Shown: piece by piece, positions 39,849 to 48,728 of the stretch
Layout of the letters: every line of letters begins with the position of its first letter
Numbering within the stretch: position 1 is the first letter of the stretch
Source: Gammaproteobacteria bacterium
GTDB lineage: Bacteria > Pseudomonadota > Gammaproteobacteria > Steroidobacterales > Rariloculaceae
Direction of reading: 5' to 3'
DNA length: 64,000 bases
Assembly: GCA_022819855.1 (NCBI GenBank)
Contig: JAJEGN010000005.1
Coordinates: 347,061 to 411,060, forward strand
The notes under the pieces: generated by a model
Told to the model about the DNA's origin: nothing
Seen by the model: only the letters and a program-made list of their open reading frames with translations
Databases searched by the model: none
Program-made: the position numbers and the translations under genes

Positions 39849-40925
39849 GTGTGGACCCTCGCCTGGTGGTGGATGCTCTTTGCCTTGCCGGCCCCTTGGC
39901 TCGTCCGGCGCCTGCTTGCGCCGCAGCCGCTCGACAACGACGCGGCGCTCAGGGTGCCCGCGGCGAGCCAGTTCGCGGACCTCACGGGCGGCGCCGGCGT
40001 CAGCCCGCGCCGGCGGTGGCGCCACGCGGCGCTCTGGCTGATCTGGGCCGCGGCGGTGGTCGCGGCGGCGCGTCCGCAGTTCGTCGGGGAACCGGTCGCA
40101 TTGCCGGTCAGCGGCCGGGACCTGCTGCTGGCCGTGGATCTGTCCGGCAGCATGGAGGAGCAGGACTTTCAGCTTGAAGGGCAGTGGGTCGACCGCCTGA
40201 CCGCCACGAAGTCCGTGGCCGACGACTTCATTGCGAACCGCGTCGGCGACCGGCTCGGGCTGATCCTGTTCGGCCGCGAGGCGTATCTCCAGACGCCGCT
40301 GACGTTCGACCGGGCCACGATCCGCACGCTGCTCGACGAGTCCGTCATCGGCCTCGCAGGCAAGGAGACGGCGATCGGCGACGCGATCGGCCTCGGGATC
40401 CGGACGCTCGACGACGCCGGCGTCGAAGAGGGCCGGCGCGTGCTGGTTCTGCTGACCGACGGCGCGAATACGGCGGGTTCCGTCGAACCGCTCAAGGCCG
40501 CCGAGCTCGCGGCCCAGCGCGGCGTCATCATCTACACGATCGGCATCGGCGCCGATGCGCTCACCGTCCGCTCGCTGTTCGGTCTGCGCCAGATCAACCC
40601 GTCCGCCGACCTCGACGAGCAGACGCTCAACGCCATCGCCGAGCTGACCGGCGGGCGCTACTTCCGCGCTCGCGATACCGCGGAACTGGAGGATATTTAC
40701 GGTCTCCTCGATGAACTGGAGCCCGCCGAGACCGACGAGGAAGGCTTTCGCCCGGTGCGCGAGCTCTTCCACTGGCCGCTCGGCCTCGCTCTCGCGATCG
40801 CGGCGCTCGCCGTGGTCCTGGGCTCGCTCTCCGCGCGGCAGCGCCTCACGCTCCCGCCGGTGCGGGACGGGAGCAGCAACAGGGCCTCATCCATGGGCGT
40901 TCAGGAGGAGGCATTCAGGCCTTGA
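39849..40925 (+). CDS. VWA-domain protein (BatA-like)
   Basis: MIDAS DLSGSM, GLILFG...TPLTFD, TAIGDAIG, LLTDGAN. Confidence 0.92.
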   Translation: MWTLAWWWMLFALPAPWLVRRLLAPQPLDNDAALRVPAASQFADLTGGAGVSPRRRWRHAALWLIWAAAVVAAARPQFVGEPVALPVSGRDLLLAVDLSGSMEEQDFQLEGQWVDRLTATKSVADDFIANRVGDRLGLILFGREAYLQTPLTFDRATIRTLLDESVIGLAGKETAIGDAIGLGIRTLDDAGVEEGRRVLVLLTDGANTAGSVEPLKAAELAAQRGVIIYTIGIGADALTVRSLFGLRQINPSADLDEQTLNAIAELTGGRYFRARDTAELEDIYGLLDELEPAETDEEGFRPVRELFHWPLGLALAIAALAVVLGSLSARQRLTLPPVRDGSSNRASSMGVQEEAFRP

Positions 40926-40955
40926 ACGTTCAACCTCTGAACAGCATGTGCGCTC

Positions 40956-42797
40956 ATGGCTGAGTTCCACTTTCTCAGGCCCTGGTGGCTCCTTGCCTTG
41001 CCGTTCGGCGTCTGGCTGATCTGGCGGCTGTTCTGGGCCGAGCCTGGCCGGAAGAGCGGTTGGCGCGCCGTCGTCGACCAGGCGCTGCAGCCTTACGTGC
41101 TCGGCCGGGTCGAGGCGCTCGCCAATCGCCGCTGGCCGATGCTCGCCGCGCTCGCGGCGTGGCTTGCGACGATCCTCGCGCTCGCGGGGCCGACCTGGGA
41201 GCGCATGCCGGTACCCGCCTTTCGTTCGGACGAGGCGCTGGTCGTCGTGTTCGACCTGTCGAGATCCATGGACGCGGCCGATGTCGAGCCGAGCCGGCTG
41301 GACCGTGCAAAGGTCAAGCTGTTGTCGCTGCTCGAGCGGCGCGCAAGCGGTCAGACGGCGCTCATCGTCTTTTCGGCGCACGCGTTCACGGTGACGCCCC
41401 TGACGGCCGACACCGACACCATCGCCTCGCTCGTGGGCGCGCTGTCCAGCGACATCATGCCGAGCCGGGGCAGCCTCGCGGAGGCCGGTCTTGAGCGCGC
41501 GGGCATGCTCCTCAGGCAGACGGGCCTGACCGCCGGCGAGATCCTGCTCGTGACCGATGCCGAGGTTTCACTTCGCGCCCGGGATCTCGTGCGGGACTTC
41601 AGGCAGGAGCGCTACATCACGCATGTGCTGGCCGTCGGGACGGAGGAAGGCGCGCCGATCCGCGAGCCCGACGGCGGTTTCGTCACCGATGCCTCGGGCC
41701 GGGTGGTCATTCCGGGCGTCGACGTCGCGGCGCTGCGGAGTCTCGCGTCGGCCGGCGGCGGGCGGTTCGCGAGGCTTACGGCGAGCGACCGCGACCTCGA
41801 GCTGCTCTTTCCGGACAGTGTCGCGGCGGGTTCACTCAGCGGGGCCGATGATGACGAGCAGGAGTACGAAGCCGACGTCTGGCGCGATCAGGGCGTCTGG
41901 CTCACGGTGGCGGCGCTGCCGTTTCTCGCCCTGATGTTCCGGCGCGGCTGGATCTGTGCGCTGCTCATCTGGCTCGCCGCGCCGGTTCCGCGCGCCGACG
42001 CCTTCGAGTGGCGGGATCTCTGGGTGCGGGCGGACCGGCAGGGATACGAGGCGATGCAGGCCGACGATGCCGAAAGCGCGCTCGCCCTGTTCAGGGACCC
42101 GGCCTGGCTCGGCGCCGCTCAATATCGAGTCGGCGACTTTTCCGGCAGCGTCGCGACGCTGAGCGACCTCGATACCTCCGAGGCGAACTACAACCGCGGC
42201 AACGCCTTGGCACGGGCAGGCGACCTTCAGGCCGCGATCGAGGCCTACGACCGCACGCTGGTCCTCGATCCGGAGCACGAGGATGCGCGCTACAACCGTG
42301 AACTCGTGGCGGAACTCCTCGAACAGCAGAACGAGGCCCAGAGCCGGCAGAGCGAGGAAGGGGAGCAGCAGAGCGACCCGAACGAAGAAGGGCAGAGTGA
42401 CCGGACGGACGACGCCTCCGAATCCGGCGAGCCCACCGACAGCGAGGACGGCAGCGCGGACCGGCAGCAACAGTCCCAGGCCGACTCGTCGAACAGCCGC
42501 GACAGCGAGCAACGCGAGCCGTCGGACGATCCCGGCGAGAGCGGCCAGGATTCATCCGAACCGCTCGACGCGGATGCCGGCGACGAGCAGTCGCCCGACT
42601 TCGACCCCGACTCCCTGCCGGGGCCGGAAGAAATCGAGCAGTGGGCGTCCGAACAGGCCGCCGACCAGTGGCTCAGGCGCATACCGCAGGACCCGGGCGG
42701 ACTGCTGAGGCGCAAGTTCCTGTACCAGTATCAGCGGCTCGGCGTGGACCAGGACGGCAACTTCGTCTGGCCGGGCGACGAGTCCGCGCCGTGGTAG
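40956..42797 (+). CDS. VWA + TPR protein (BatB/BatC-like)
   Basis: DLSRSM, TPR ANYNRGNALARAG, acidic Q/E/D/S linker, QWLRRIPQDPGGLLRRKF. Confidence 0.9.
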   Translation: MAEFHFLRPWWLLALPFGVWLIWRLFWAEPGRKSGWRAVVDQALQPYVLGRVEALANRRWPMLAALAAWLATILALAGPTWERMPVPAFRSDEALVVVFDLSRSMDAADVEPSRLDRAKVKLLSLLERRASGQTALIVFSAHAFTVTPLTADTDTIASLVGALSSDIMPSRGSLAEAGLERAGMLLRQTGLTAGEILLVTDAEVSLRARDLVRDFRQERYITHVLAVGTEEGAPIREPDGGFVTDASGRVVIPGVDVAALRSLASAGGGRFARLTASDRDLELLFPDSVAAGSLSGADDDEQEYEADVWRDQGVWLTVAALPFLALMFRRGWICALLIWLAAPVPRADAFEWRDLWVRADRQGYEAMQADDAESALALFRDPAWLGAAQYRVGDFSGSVATLSDLDTSEANYNRGNALARAGDLQAAIEAYDRTLVLDPEHEDARYNRELVAELLEQQNEAQSRQSEEGEQQSDPNEEGQSDRTDDASESGEPTDSEDGSADRQQQSQADSSNSRDSEQREPSDDPGESGQDSSEPLDADAGDEQSPDFDPDSLPGPEEIEQWASEQAADQWLRRIPQDPGGLLRRKFLYQYQRLGVDQDGNFVWPGDESAPW

Positions 42798-42985
42798 CCA
42801 CGACTGTCCGAGGTTTCACCAGCGGCATTGCTTCGCTGCCGAGGTTTGTGTTCCGAGCATTCGCCAGGCCCGCTACGGCTATGCTGCTGCGATGCCTGGT
42901 GCGATCCGTTGACGCGGCAAGCGTCTTCGCGGTGGCCGCCATGTCGACCGCTGTGGGGAGAGAGCGATCGGGCGTGGGCGCCGCG

Positions 42986-44650
42986 ATGCCGGGCCGTACG
43001 CTCCGCCGAGCGCTACTGTCCGGTGTGCTTGCCCCGGTCATGCTCGCCGCACTCGCCCAGGACCCACTGGTGCAGGCAAGCGTCGACCGCGCGACCGTGC
43101 GGGAGAACGAGTCCTTTACCTACTCGATCGTCGCCGAAGGCAGCGTCCGCGACGATCCCGACACGAGCGCCATCGAACAACAGTTCGATGTCCTGAGCCG
43201 CTCCAGCCGTACGCGCATCGAGATCGTCAACGGTCAGCGGCGGCAGGTCGTCGAATGGGACCTCGAGCTGTTTCCAACGGGGGCGGGCAGTTTCGTACTG
43301 CCGCCGAGTTACGTTGCGGGCGCGGCCTCAAACGCGGTCGAGGTCGAGATTCTGCCGGCTCCGGAATCCGACGGGGAGCTGCCCGACGTCTTCATCGAGG
43401 TCGACGCCGAACCGTCGACGCCGTACGTGCAGGCGCAGGTCCTTTACACGCTCAGGTTGTTCGTCGGCGTCAACACGGGCCGCGCGACACTGACCGCGCC
43501 CAGGGTCAGCGGCGGCGAGGCGATCGTCGAGCGTCTCGGCGAGGATCGCCAGTACCAGACGACGCGCGCCGGCAGGAGCTTCTCGGTCCGGGAACGGCGC
43601 TATGCGATCTTTCCGCAGCAGACGGGCGCTCTCACCGTGGGTCCGGCGACCTTCGAAGCCATGGTCGTGCCGACGCGCGGTTTCTCGAGAGTCCAGCGCC
43701 TGCGCTCGGACTCGCTCGAACTCGACGTCAGGCCCGCCGTCGCTCCGCCGCCGGAGTATTCGGACGCCGTCTGGCTGCCGGCGCGCGCCCTGACCCTCTC
43801 TCAGGACTGGGTCGACGAGCAGGGCCGGTTCTCCCTCGGCGTGCCGCGCACGCGAATGTTGACCGTCGAGGCCGATGGCGTGCTCGAAACGCAACTTCCC
43901 GAACTGGTGCTCGCGACCGCGCCCGGTATCAGGCAGTACCCGGATCAGCCCGATCTCGACCGGCGGACCTCCGAGCGGGGGCTGCAGGGTCGGCGCGTCG
44001 AGCGCTACGCCGTCATCGCCCAGAATACGGGCGAGATCGAGATTCCGGGGCAGGAACTGGCGTGGTGGAATGTCGATGAGGCGCGCTGGGACGTCGCCCG
44101 CATCGAACCGAGCGTCGTTACCGTGCTGCCGGGCATCGAACCCGTATTCGACGATCCCGCTCCGGATGTTCCGGCAACGGTCGAGGGCGCACCGCCTGCG
44201 CCGCCTGCAACAAACTACTGGCGGCTGGTAAGCGGCATGCTCGCGACTGCGTGGCTCGCGACGCTCGTGCTGTGGCTCAGAAGCCGGTCGGCCGACCCGG
44301 CGGCAGGCGTGCAGCCCGCGCGCTCCCCGCGCCGCGCGAAAAACCGGCAACTGCTGCGCAAGCTGCGGGCAGCCTGCGAGGAGAACGACGCCGCGGCGGC
44401 GCACGGCCTCCTGCTGCAATGGGCCGAGCTGAGGTTTCCCGAGTCTCCACCGCAGAGCCTCGGCGTGCTGGCCGACCGGCTGCCGCCCGCGGTTGCCGCC
44501 GAAATCGCCGTGCTCGAAGCGAGCGTCTACGGCGCCGGCGCCGAGCAGTGGGACGGCAAGGGTCTGGCCGCTGCTCTCAAGCGGGTGGATGCGGTCGCCA
44601 GGGCAAACCCGAAGGACAAGGCCGACCCCTTGCTGCCGCTTTATCGTTGA
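42986..44650 (+). CDS. BatD-family protein
   Basis: VQASVDR, PYVQAQVLYTLRL, ERRYAIFPQQTG, WLPARALTL. Start uncertain (GTG 42791 also possible). Confidence 0.85.
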   Translation: MPGRTLRRALLSGVLAPVMLAALAQDPLVQASVDRATVRENESFTYSIVAEGSVRDDPDTSAIEQQFDVLSRSSRTRIEIVNGQRRQVVEWDLELFPTGAGSFVLPPSYVAGAASNAVEVEILPAPESDGELPDVFIEVDAEPSTPYVQAQVLYTLRLFVGVNTGRATLTAPRVSGGEAIVERLGEDRQYQTTRAGRSFSVRERRYAIFPQQTGALTVGPATFEAMVVPTRGFSRVQRLRSDSLELDVRPAVAPPPEYSDAVWLPARALTLSQDWVDEQGRFSLGVPRTRMLTVEADGVLETQLPELVLATAPGIRQYPDQPDLDRRTSERGLQGRRVERYAVIAQNTGEIEIPGQELAWWNVDEARWDVARIEPSVVTVLPGIEPVFDDPAPDVPATVEGAPPAPPATNYWRLVSGMLATAWLATLVLWLRSRSADPAAGVQPARSPRRAKNRQLLRKLRAACEENDAAAAHGLLLQWAELRFPESPPQSLGVLADRLPPAVAAEIAVLEASVYGAGAEQWDGKGLAAALKRVDAVARANPKDKADPLLPLYR

Positions 44651-44713
44651 TCCGGACGGTGTCCGGGCCGTGCTCGCGTCAGGGAGCCGGCCTGGCAGCC
44701 CGTTCGGCAGGCC

Positions 44714-45133
44714 TTACCAGATGCCCGTGTTCCCCATGGAATGCCAGGGCTCGGCGGGCGCCAGCGCCGCGCCCTTCTGCAGCAGCTCGATCGATATGTT
44801 GTCGGGCGAGCGAATGAACGCCATCTTCCCGTCCCGGGGCGGCCGGTTGATCGTGACACCGGCATCCATGAGCCGCCGGCAGGTCGAGTAGATGTCATCG
44901 ACCTCGTAGGCCACGTGCCCGAAGTTGCGGCCCTCGCCATACGGTTCCGGATCCCAGTTGTAGGTCAGTTCGAGCGCGCAGTCCTCCTGCCCTTCGGCAG
45001 CGACGAACACGAGCGTGAACCGCCCAGCTTCGTGGTCATGCCGGTCCACTTCCCTGAGCCCGAGCTTGTTGCAGTAGAAGTCGAGCGACTCCTCGAGGTC
45101 CGTGACCCGAACCATGGTGTGCAGATAGCGCAC
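44714..45133 (-). CDS. gloA: Lactoylglutathione lyase (glyoxalase I, VOC fold)
   Basis: [36 protein letters not shown]. Confidence 0.9.
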   Translation of the reverse strand: MRYLHTMVRVTDLEESLDFYCNKLGLREVDRHDHEAGRFTLVFVAAEGQEDCALELTYNWDPEPYGEGRNFGHVAYEVDDIYSTCRRLMDAGVTINRPPRDGKMAFIRSPDNISIELLQKGAALAPAEPWHSMGNTGIW

Positions 45134-45205
45134 GATCTGTCCTCACTTCACGATCGATGGTCCGAGAGGATACTCCGTTGTCGGCCGCCGCTGAAGGAGC
45201 GGGCG

Positions 45206-46651
45206 CTATTCGCGCTGCGGCTCGATCCGGACGTCGATCCGCCGGTTGCGGGCGCGGCCCTCGGCCGTTTCGTTGTTGGCGATCGGCTGCGTTTCGCCGT
45301 AGCCGACCGCGCTGATGCGAAACGCCGGTATGCCGAGTTCGCTGGAAAGATACTCGCTGACCGCCTCCGCCCGTCGCCGCGACAGGCTCAGGTTCGACAC
45401 GGCGCCGCCGTAGGAATCGGTGTGGCCCTCGACGACGATCTGCGAGCGCGGGAAGACGGACGCTGCCCTGGAGATCTTCTCGAGCAGGGCGCGAAACTCG
45501 GCCTGAACCCCGGATTCGCCGCTCGCGAAGTTCAGCGCGAGCAGCCGGATCACGACATCGTCGTCTTCGCGGAGCACTCGCGCTTCGTCGCGCGTGAACA
45601 TGGCGGTGACGGTGTCGAACTGCTCCCTGATCCGCGCTTCGGCTTCGAGCTGCTGCACGAGCACGACGCGTTCCTGCGACACGCCGCCGAGACGCTCGTC
45701 GAGGTCGCGTATTTCCTCTTCGAGGTCTGCGACCCGAACGCGCATCGCTTCGAGGTCGAGTTCCGACTGACGCGAACGCTCTCGCAGTTCGTCGATGAAG
45801 CCGACGAGTTCCGCCACGATGGGTTCGACGCCGGCATCGAAGCGCGCCACGAGGTCCGCCGCCGCGGCGATGCGCTCGAGCGGTTCCTCGTAACTCAGGA
45901 TCAGGTCTTCCTCCGAGATGGCCCCGCCGCGGATTGCGGTGATCTGCTCGGCTATGGCGATCGCGTGACGCGCCTGGTCGTTCGCTTGCCGGGCGAGGCT
46001 GCGGGGCAGATCGGTGTCGTAACGGTTTCCGTCGAGTTCCCGTTCGGCCTGTTCGAGCAGCGAGCGGGCGCGTTCGAAGGTGATCGGCGCGTAGCGCGGC
46101 ACGTTGGCCTGCCGCGCCTGCGCGAGCAGTGCGCGGGTCTGGCTCAGATTCTGCGCCTTGATCGCCGTGAGTTCGGCGTCGCGGTAGAGGATCTCGGCTT
46201 CTTGGGCGCGCTCGCGCGTGCCCGGCATGTCGCCGGCTTCAAGCCGCCGGGCGGCGTCGTCGAACGCGTCCTCGGCCTCGCTCCAGAGTTCCAGGGCGAA
46301 CGTCTCGGCGTTCGCGTCGGTCGCGTCGTCGCGGGTCTCGATCAGGGCGGCCAGGGTGGTGCTCGCGAGTTCGGCGGCCTCAGCGGCCTCGGAGAAGCGC
46401 TCCGCCGCCGTGGCGAGCGAGTTGCGGATACGGTCGAGGCTTCTGCCGCGCTCGAGATCGGCTTCGGCGTCGCGGTAGGCGTCGAGACCGCGGTCGAAGC
46501 TCCCCGGCGCCAGGAGTTCCGCGTTGGCCGCCCGGGCGCCCTCCAACGCGAGATCGGCTTGCTCGAACAGGGCGTCGCGCACCTCCTGGGCGGCGGCGCT
46601 CGCAAGCACGCCGAAGCAGATGGCGAGTGGCAGCCAGATCTGTTTGGGCAT
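45206..46651 (-). CDS. OmpA-family protein with long helical N-terminus
   Basis: C-terminal VEGHTDSYG...NLSLSRRRAEAV...GYGETQPIANN...NRRID; signal peptide. Confidence 0.88.
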   Translation of the reverse strand: MPKQIWLPLAICFGVLASAAAQEVRDALFEQADLALEGARAANAELLAPGSFDRGLDAYRDAEADLERGRSLDRIRNSLATAAERFSEAAEAAELASTTLAALIETRDDATDANAETFALELWSEAEDAFDDAARRLEAGDMPGTRERAQEAEILYRDAELTAIKAQNLSQTRALLAQARQANVPRYAPITFERARSLLEQAERELDGNRYDTDLPRSLARQANDQARHAIAIAEQITAIRGGAISEEDLILSYEEPLERIAAAADLVARFDAGVEPIVAELVGFIDELRERSRQSELDLEAMRVRVADLEEEIRDLDERLGGVSQERVVLVQQLEAEARIREQFDTVTAMFTRDEARVLREDDDVVIRLLALNFASGESGVQAEFRALLEKISRAASVFPRSQIVVEGHTDSYGGAVSNLSLSRRRAEAVSEYLSSELGIPAFRISAVGYGETQPIANNETAEGRARNRRIDVRIEPQRE

Positions 46652-46714
46652 TGGCTCGCTCCCGACAAACCGTGAGATACTTCGCGACCCCGTAGTCGAA
46701 TCATATCAGTCCAG

Positions 46715-47701
46715 GTGAGTGAGTTTCGCGGCGTTCCCGTAACCGTTTCGGGCGCCAAGTACCGCACAGCGCAAGGTTTCTCCGCGATCAGGAACGGCGT
46801 GAAGCGCCGCGCGGTGGCGGACGATGCGGCGCCGTTGCCAAAGCCGCCGTGGCTCAAGGCGCGGCTGCCGGGCGGCGAGAAATACGCGACGGTGCGGCGC
46901 ACCGTCCGCTCGCATCGCCTCGCCACGGTCTGCGAGGAGTCGATGTGCCCGAATATCGGCGAGTGCTGGGCGAACGGCACGGCGACGCTCATGCTCATGG
47001 GTGCGGTGTGCACGCGGGCGTGCCGCTTCTGCGCCGTCGACACCGGCAACCCCGGAGGCTGGCTCGACGCGGATGAACCGGCCAACTGCGCACGCTCGGT
47101 CGAACTCATGGGCTTGCAGTACGTCGTCCTGACGTCGGTGGATCGCGACGACCTTCCCGACGGCGGGGCCGGGCACTACGCGGCATGTGTCCGCGCCGTA
47201 AAGCAATTGTGTCCGGAGACGGCCGTTGAGGCATTGACGCCGGACTTTGCCGGCCGGTTCGCGGATGTCGAGACCGTGATCGACTCCGGCGTCGACGTGT
47301 TCGCGCAGAATCTCGAGACGGTCGAGCGGCTGACACGCCGCGTCAGGGACCCGCGCGCCGGGTATTCGCAGACGCTGTCGGTGCTCGAGCACGCGAAGCG
47401 CTACCGTCCCGGGATCCTGACCAAGACGAGCCTGATGCTCGGTCTCGGCGAGACCGACCGCGAGATCGTCGAGGCGATGGACGATCTCCGCGAAGCCCGC
47501 GTCGACATCCTGACTTTCGGTCAGTACCTGCAGCCGACCCGCAATCACCTGCCCGTCGAGCGCTACGTTCATCCGTCGGAATTCGCCCGCTACCGGCAAT
47601 GGGGACTCGAGCGGGGCTTCATGGAGGTCGTGGCGGGGCCCTTCGTCCGCTCCAGTTACCGCGCCGAGCGCGTCTTTCAGAAGAACAACGTGGGCCTTTG
47701 A
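46715..47701 (+). CDS. lipA: Lipoyl synthase
   Basis: [34 protein letters not shown]. Confidence 0.97.
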   Translation: MSEFRGVPVTVSGAKYRTAQGFSAIRNGVKRRAVADDAAPLPKPPWLKARLPGGEKYATVRRTVRSHRLATVCEESMCPNIGECWANGTATLMLMGAVCTRACRFCAVDTGNPGGWLDADEPANCARSVELMGLQYVVLTSVDRDDLPDGGAGHYAACVRAVKQLCPETAVEALTPDFAGRFADVETVIDSGVDVFAQNLETVERLTRRVRDPRAGYSQTLSVLEHAKRYRPGILTKTSLMLGLGETDREIVEAMDDLREARVDILTFGQYLQPTRNHLPVERYVHPSEFARYRQWGLERGFMEVVAGPFVRSSYRAERVFQKNNVGL

Positions 47702-47704
47702 TCG

Positions 47705-48685
47705 ATGGCGGAGTTCCTTGCCGAATTCGGCCTGTTCCTGCTGCAGCTCGTGACCATCGTGGTGCTCGTGGCGATCGCGGTCGTCTTCGTCACCACGTCG
47801 GCGCGGCGTTCCGGGCACCCGGACGGCATCACGGTCAAGCACCTCAACAGGCAGTTCGAGGACGCGGCAAACGTGGTCAAGCGCGCCGTGCTCGGCAAGG
47901 ACGCATTCAAGAAGGAACACAAGGCCGCGCGGAAGGCCCGCAAGAAGCAAAAGCGCAGCAAGGACAAGGAGGAGCGCAAACGCATCTTCGTGCTCGACTT
48001 CAAGGGCGATCTGCGCGCCTCGGCGACGGCGTCGCTGCGCGAGGAGATTTCAGCCGTGCTCGCCGTCGCGAAGGACGGCGACCAGGTCCTGCTGCGGCTT
48101 GAGAATGCCGGAGGCGCCGTTCACGAGCACGGGCTCGCCGCTTCGCAATTGTTGCGGATCAAGCAGCGCGGACTGCCGCTGCTGATCGCGGTCGACAAGG
48201 TCGCGGCGAGCGGCGGCTACCTCATGGCCTGCGTGGCCGACCGCCTCATGTCGGCGCCCTTCGCAATCATCGGCTCGATCGGCGTGCTCGCCCAGTTGCC
48301 GAACTTTCGCCGGCTGCTCGAGGACAAGGGCATCGATTTCGAGCAGATCACGGCCGGCAAGTACAAGCGGACGCTGACGCTCTTCGGCGAGAACACGGAC
48401 GAAGGACGCGAAAAGCTCAAGGAAGAGATCGAGGACGTGCACGAACTGTTCAAGAACCAGATTGCCGAACATCGCTCGCAGGTCGAACTCGACCGCGTCG
48501 CCACGGGCGAGCACTGGTACGGGACGCGGGCTCTGGAGCTCAAGCTCGTCGACGAGATCCGCACGAGCGACGACTTCCTCGCCGAAGCCGCCGGGGAGAA
48601 CGAGCTCTACCAGGTCACGTTCAAGCGCCGCCGGACGTTTCCCGAACGGCTGCGAGCCGGCGCGGAGACCCTGCTCAGGGGCTGA
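47705..48685 (+). CDS. sohB: SohB peptidase (S49)
   Basis: N-terminal TM, VDKVAASGGY, IIGSIGV, TAGKYKRTLT, ATGEHW. Confidence 0.95.
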   Translation: MAEFLAEFGLFLLQLVTIVVLVAIAVVFVTTSARRSGHPDGITVKHLNRQFEDAANVVKRAVLGKDAFKKEHKAARKARKKQKRSKDKEERKRIFVLDFKGDLRASATASLREEISAVLAVAKDGDQVLLRLENAGGAVHEHGLAASQLLRIKQRGLPLLIAVDKVAASGGYLMACVADRLMSAPFAIIGSIGVLAQLPNFRRLLEDKGIDFEQITAGKYKRTLTLFGENTDEGREKLKEEIEDVHELFKNQIAEHRSQVELDRVATGEHWYGTRALELKLVDEIRTSDDFLAEAAGENELYQVTFKRRRTFPERLRAGAETLLRG

Positions 48686-48728
48686 GTTCCATCTGACGCC
48701 GATCTCCCCTTGACGTTGTCGGCAGGCG

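Noticed and set aside
42310-42640. Acidic Q/E/D/S low-complexity tract
   Set aside because: A normal linker of BatB/TPR proteins in MoxR operons.
37446-44650. MoxR-DUF58-DUF4381-VWA-VWA/TPR-BatD as a novel system
   Set aside because: Canonical, widespread gene order.
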